A DNA stretch of 64,000 nucleotides from Sphagnum compactum (lineage: Eukaryota), in assembly GCA_965153455.1 (NCBI GenBank), contig OZ234493.1, positions 22,558,213-22,622,212 of the forward strand, written 5' to 3'. Positions 58,501 to 64,000 of the stretch are shown here, one piece after another. Numbering within the stretch: the stretch's first letter is position 1; each line of letters starts with the position of its first letter. A program made the position numbers and the translations under genes. The notes below the pieces were generated by a model. It made no database searches. It was not told where the DNA came from and was given only the letters and a program-made list of their open reading frames with translations.

Positions 58501-61488
58501 ATTTTATGCCCATGGTTTACCTTTGGTGAAGTTTTCATATAAAGTTTATTTGATTTAAAAAATAATGTTTAATCCATGTTGTAAAGGCAAAAGTTAGATA
58601 TATATATATATACATAACCTATGAATTGATATTAGGAAAAATAAATTAAAATATTGATTTGCAACAATCATTTTAACATTTGGTAAATCAACAAGGAAAA
58701 TGGTATCTCAACAATGTGCAAGTCAATTGTTGATTATAGATAGGTTGACTTGCTAAAATTGAGTTATGTCAAGTGAATAGTTGGGAAGTTGATTGTGAGA
58801 AAGTGATTATTGGCAAGTAATTATGTGACGTTTTGGCAAATGAAAATTGATTGGATAACACATGTGGGCATGTTATTATTTATTCCAACTTTTCTAGTTA
58901 GGTATAGTGATAGTTATTGTGACCACCTTTTTTTAATATAAAAAGTTTTGTCTTATGAAGTAAAACGTTATTAGTACAAAATATATAAAACTAATAGGAA
59001 TTTTTGGGGAGTATAATTGTGGCCAAGTTCTTGAACATGAAATGTTGCACTTTAAGACTTTTTGCATCTAAATTTATGTAAATGTAGACTGATGATCATA
59101 AATATATGGTGTGTGTTGTGAAAGTTTGTGTGTATGTGTGTAAGAATGATTGAGATTGTGTGAATGAATTGGTAGAAAAGTAGATTATATTTATATTACA
59201 ATGTAGGGAATGAATTATATGAATAGTTGTAGTATAGATGAAAAAGGTAATGAGGTTTCTCAACCATTAATTTGAACTCTCCACAAAGATGTAATTTATG
59301 CCCTAGTTATCTTGGGTACATCAAACACTAAAATTAATGGCAAAGGGCAAGCATCCAATGTCATTACATTACTAATATATCAATTGGTGGTAAAATATAA
59401 CTAACATTGGAATCTATGTTTCATGCAAGAAATTGAACAATTTTCATCATCCTTGTTATCTCTATTAATTATCTCCAAATAAATTACATAGCCATTGTGA
59501 AAAACATCATAAATTGTCCTGATGTGAATAACCATTGAGAAAAATGAACGATAATAAATAAGAGTTTTAGTTTGATCTTTGAAAGACCCACCCTAAGGTG
59601 AGTCATAAGATGTACACATTATAATTGGCTTCTATCATAATAAATATTTTTTACAAAATTTAATGCCCATAATATTGACATAATTCTTAACAACTAAAAT
59701 ATACCACTTACATTTGCATGCCCAATTCATCAGTGTGTATAAACTATGAAACAACACAACTTCAATATCCTAATGTTATAAGGTTTTTGAATTTGAAAAG
59801 GAGAATAATCACAAAATTCTTTATGTTATAACATTATTTGACTTTTATACAAGATCTAAACCCCATATCTGTGATATGTCTAGTAATAATTTGTCATATC
59901 AATTGGGGTTCTCCTCTTGTGATTTTAAAAACTTTCTTTTTTCTTCCATTCATAAGCATTTTCTTCTTTTGCATGCAAACTCAAGTCCAATAAATGAATA
60001 AAATGATAGATACCACCAATGTTAAAAGAGGAAAAATAATCCTTAAAAAAATTTCAAGATAAAAATGACATTCCTAAAAATTGTCATACTTGCCTTTAAC
60101 CTATATAATGTATTCTTTATAACTCCACTTCATTGTAGTTAACATTATTTACAATGTACAATCTCAAAGAAAACATTGAAAAAGAAATAAATCTTAACAC
60201 ATAAATGCTATCTTGTAAAAAATCATTAAAGTTTTGAATTAAAAATTTCATAAAATAAATAATTATTTGGATTAATCTTTTTGTGAAGATTAGATGTTCC
60301 TATGAAATAATGTGAAGGGAAAAAATGAAATCTAAAGCAACATAAACTTTTAAGAACGTTCGCAGTCTTGGGTTTATGTTGGTTGGAATAAAAAGTGAGG
60401 TGACCATTTTTCACAATTGATTGAACATTTTGACCATCAAACTTGACTTCAAAAAATTAATTTGGATATCACGTCATGTGTGTTTCTTACATGTTTAGTT
60501 TTTGAATAATATGATGAAAGACAATTTAAAGCATATCAAATGAAAAACATTTGCTATATGAAAGGAATTGTTGTTAATTAAGCCTAGCCCAAAATCACCA
60601 TAATTCAACCATTTAAAATGTTTTTAAATGACTTTAAATTTAATATTACAAATTAAGTTATAATGACAATGGTTGCATTGGAATTGGTTTAGGGGGACGA
60701 CTATGGGTCTTACACAATTTTGTGCTACCAATATAAATTTTGACTTAAAATCTATTATGAATGTAATGAAAAGGCATTGTCTTTTCAAATTTTTATTTTT
60801 TCATAACACCATAGCAATGAATGATGGAAACAATAAACAAGTCTTTAACATTTTTTGCACCAATTTGGGTCCCATTTTTATTGAATTGAATTTGAATTAA
60901 ATTCAATTGAAGTATTGGATTGGGTTTAGGATAGTAATGGATCCATTGTCACAATAAACCCCACCTTAAGAAAGTGGACCCCAAGTATCAATGGAATGTA
61001 ACTTGGTTTGGACTTTGGACCTTCCTTTTTTTCAAAATGTATATTTAATATTTTAAATAATTGTGTTGAAATCCTTTGATAACTGTAGTCACAACACTTA
61101 ACCCATGGTTGTGAATATTAAAAAAAATGTGGTTTTCAAAGAGGATGATGTTGATTGGGTCTTTGGTGTTTGATGATTTTCAACTCAAAGTTATGTTGCA
61201 TAAATGCATTTAATATTAACAAATTGTGAACAAAAGAATGATTAAAAGATAATTTAAATTGTCTAAAATTGCATTATTTGCAAGAAAAATCAAAATCATA
61301 TGGAATTATTTTTTATTTAGTTCTATTAGTTGGCAGCAAACCTTCAACATTTTTTGATATTCTAGTTTAAAACTTTTATTTTGTGACATGAAAAAATATT
61401 CCATATTTTTCTTTGGATGTGTTGTTTTTTGTTTTGGTCTTTCCATGTGTTGCCAATAATTTTACCTTGCATTTTTTTGGACATCCTA

Positions 61489-61534
<46 letters not shown>

Positions 61535-62799
61535 CTTATGAAAATGTGAAAGGAAACTTGTTTACTAAATTAAAATGCAAAACTTGTTATACACAAGGTT
61601 TCATGTAGTGAAGCCTTGAAATTTAATCAAGTTTATATGACCTTTAAAACAACATGAAATTGAGTTTGAACTTGTAAATATGTGTGTGGCAATATCCAAA
61701 AAGGCTTGTAAATAAAAAAGAATTGATTACTTTTGAATGGTTACTCATATTGATGGCACATGTCAAGGAATTTAAATAATTATTCACTTTATATTGTCCA
61801 ATTTTTCATGTTTAGGGTGAGGACGAGGAAATAATTAACATTGTATATTGGATGTGGTAAACATTAGGTTTGTGTGGGTATTTTAACTTTAATATATTAG
61901 CTTGGTAAGAATAAATATAGAAATTTTAAAATTATATATTAATTAGGTAAAAAATACAATTATTAAAAATTCAAATTGGTTAAAAGTAACATGTATAGGT
62001 TGTTGAAAATTATCAATTTGGGTAACAAAGATTTATACTATTCACATGGCAAGGGAAATGATAAATATTTCATCAAGTAACCTACACATACCATGTGGGT
62101 ATACATGGGTCAACATGGGGTAAATACTTTGCACCTTGTATGAAACATTGAAAGTGGAGAAAGAAAATTGGGTGAAAGCATAGTTAGGTGACTCATTATT
62201 AGCATTTTGAAGAGTCCACATGATACTCTAGCTAAAATTCCTACAATTATAATAATTATCAAACTATAACTTTTATAACTATCCCTTATGCTTTTGGTCA
62301 CAAATATTGATAGGCCACTTAATATATATCATTAAACATGAGACTGGTCAAAAAATCCATGTGAAAGTTTGAAGATTTCAATATGAAAAAAAAAATGATA
62401 TAAAATGACAAAAATTATGGCATTTAAAAATTAAAAAAATGAGGAATTCTTGTATTAAAAAAGTTTCAATGTGCATCTTATATTAAATTTTTCATTCGAT
62501 GGTGGTTTTTTTTTTTTTTCGTATGACTATTTCTTGAATTCACATTTTTCACTTTCTCTATGACAAAAGTAGTGTTATCATTTCAAAAGTTTATAATAAT
62601 TCCATTCTTTTCTTAAAGCTCATCCATAATTTTTAACTTGAAGCAAAGCTCATTAAAATCTATTGTAACATGAATGATTCAAAAATTGACAATGTTAATG
62701 TTGAATACGACTTTACATTTTAAATTCATGTTGTAATTCAGAAAGCTACAACTATGATAGTCCAAATTGTTCCTTTCAATATGCTTTCGCCTAATTTAC

Positions 62800-63965
62800 T
62801 TGTGCAATTGACATTGCAAACATGAACATGTGAAATTTCAAACATGTTATCAAAAATAATAACAAAAATAAAATGAAACCAATCAATGGCCTTTGAAATT
62901 ATAATCAAAACAATTTAAAAAGGGGTCCAATTAAGGACATAATGTGAGAATTTTTTTCACGATAATCAAGGTAATGAACATAAATGACATGCCATATATA
63001 TCATAGTTAATCACCATAATTTGAACAAATTCATCATAACTAAATGCATCACAAAATATGAAAATGCACATATGTTTTACAATGATGTGATCACATATTT
63101 GAGTTTTTTACCCACTTCAAAACACTTTTTCTCTCTTGGGTAAGGGAAACTTCAAATATACATTAGCCAAGTAGGGTTTAAAAAGGTACATAATTTTTTT
63201 TTTTATCAACTAAGTAGGCCATTCAAAAAGGACCACAAAAAAATATTAACTAAGTAAGGTGTATATCTACCTTGTTATATACATGTGGGTATATTGGGGC
63301 AAATAACTTCCCCACCCAACAAACATCAATGTTAGGTGGATTAATGAATTTTAATATATGAGTTGAGGAAAGGTAAATATAAAACTTCAAGAGATATATA
63401 TCATCCAATAAATGAAAATAATTTTCACTCAAATTCCACACAAGGTAAGGGCACATATGCTTTGCAAAATTATCCATATGGGTAAATTTAATTTAATAAA
63501 TGTCTAACATTTGCCCTATTCACAAAGTAAGGAAATATATTTCATCATGCGGTTGTAAGAGGTTAAACATAAGGTAAGGGAAACATTTATAGCGTATGGC
63601 GCATTTCAAAAAGGAAAATGACATTCAGTTGTGCAATTGGCATTGCAAAATCAAACATTTGGAATTTCAAACAACTTAATAATAGCAAAATAGAATGTAA
63701 TCAATCAAGAGCTTCAAAAATACAATCACAACATTTTCATAATCCCAAGTGATAATGCAATTTAAAGGGTTTCAAGAGCATATGGTAAGAATTTTGTTCA
63801 AGGTAATAAGTGTGATGAACATAATCAAGATGCAAAAAATAAAAATTCAATAATTAGTCACCATAATCCTTTGTAAGCATGTGCATTGCAAAATATGGAA
63901 ATGCATGTATATTACATTAATGATTTTGGCATATACTTTTTTTAAAATCCATTTCAAAACAATTA
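62800..63965. repeat. Old direct duplication, ~830-bp offset
   Basis: TTGTGCAATTG.CATTGCAAA...AATTTCAAACA...CACCATAAT...CAAAATATG.AAATGCA occurs at ~62800-63130 and again at ~63630-63965. Confidence 0.6.
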
Positions 63966-64000
63966 TCCTCAGTTAAATAAAGATAAACCTCACACATATA

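Noticed and set aside
53000..62700. Protein-coding genes in the AT-rich right end
   Set aside because: Only short AT-biased ORFs occur. They are probably very old TE debris that cannot be assigned to a family by eye.

Overview
Eukaryotic land-plant nuclear DNA. The gene content, intron style and repeat families suggest a moss, probably Sphagnum-like (inference only). Six protein-coding genes are supported: an mTERF gene (minus, runs off the left edge), a divergently transcribed two-helix LHC-like SEP gene, a 5-exon UBAP1/UMA-type ESCRT-I gene, a 2-exon RPL41 (25 aa), a 13-exon adenosine kinase and a single-exon NCED. Between them lies AT-rich DNA with decayed transposons: a compound Helitron with several 3' termini and a captured GH63 (mannosylglycerate hydrolase-like) fragment, a non-autonomous Helitron, a CRE-like non-LTR remnant, a PIF/Harbinger transposase remnant, hAT-type MITEs, a tRNA-derived SINE-like head, a perfect 44-bp-arm palindrome and a ~60-bp minisatellite. 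The best candidates for something new are: (i) a divergent ADK with an N-terminal KKRK putative NLS, like mammalian nuclear ADK-L, plus a putative uORF in its leader; (ii) the Helitron capture of GH63 bracketed by a duplicated terminal hairpin; (iii) a 98-aa ATG uORF upstream of NCED. Exon structures were read by hand and no database searches were run.
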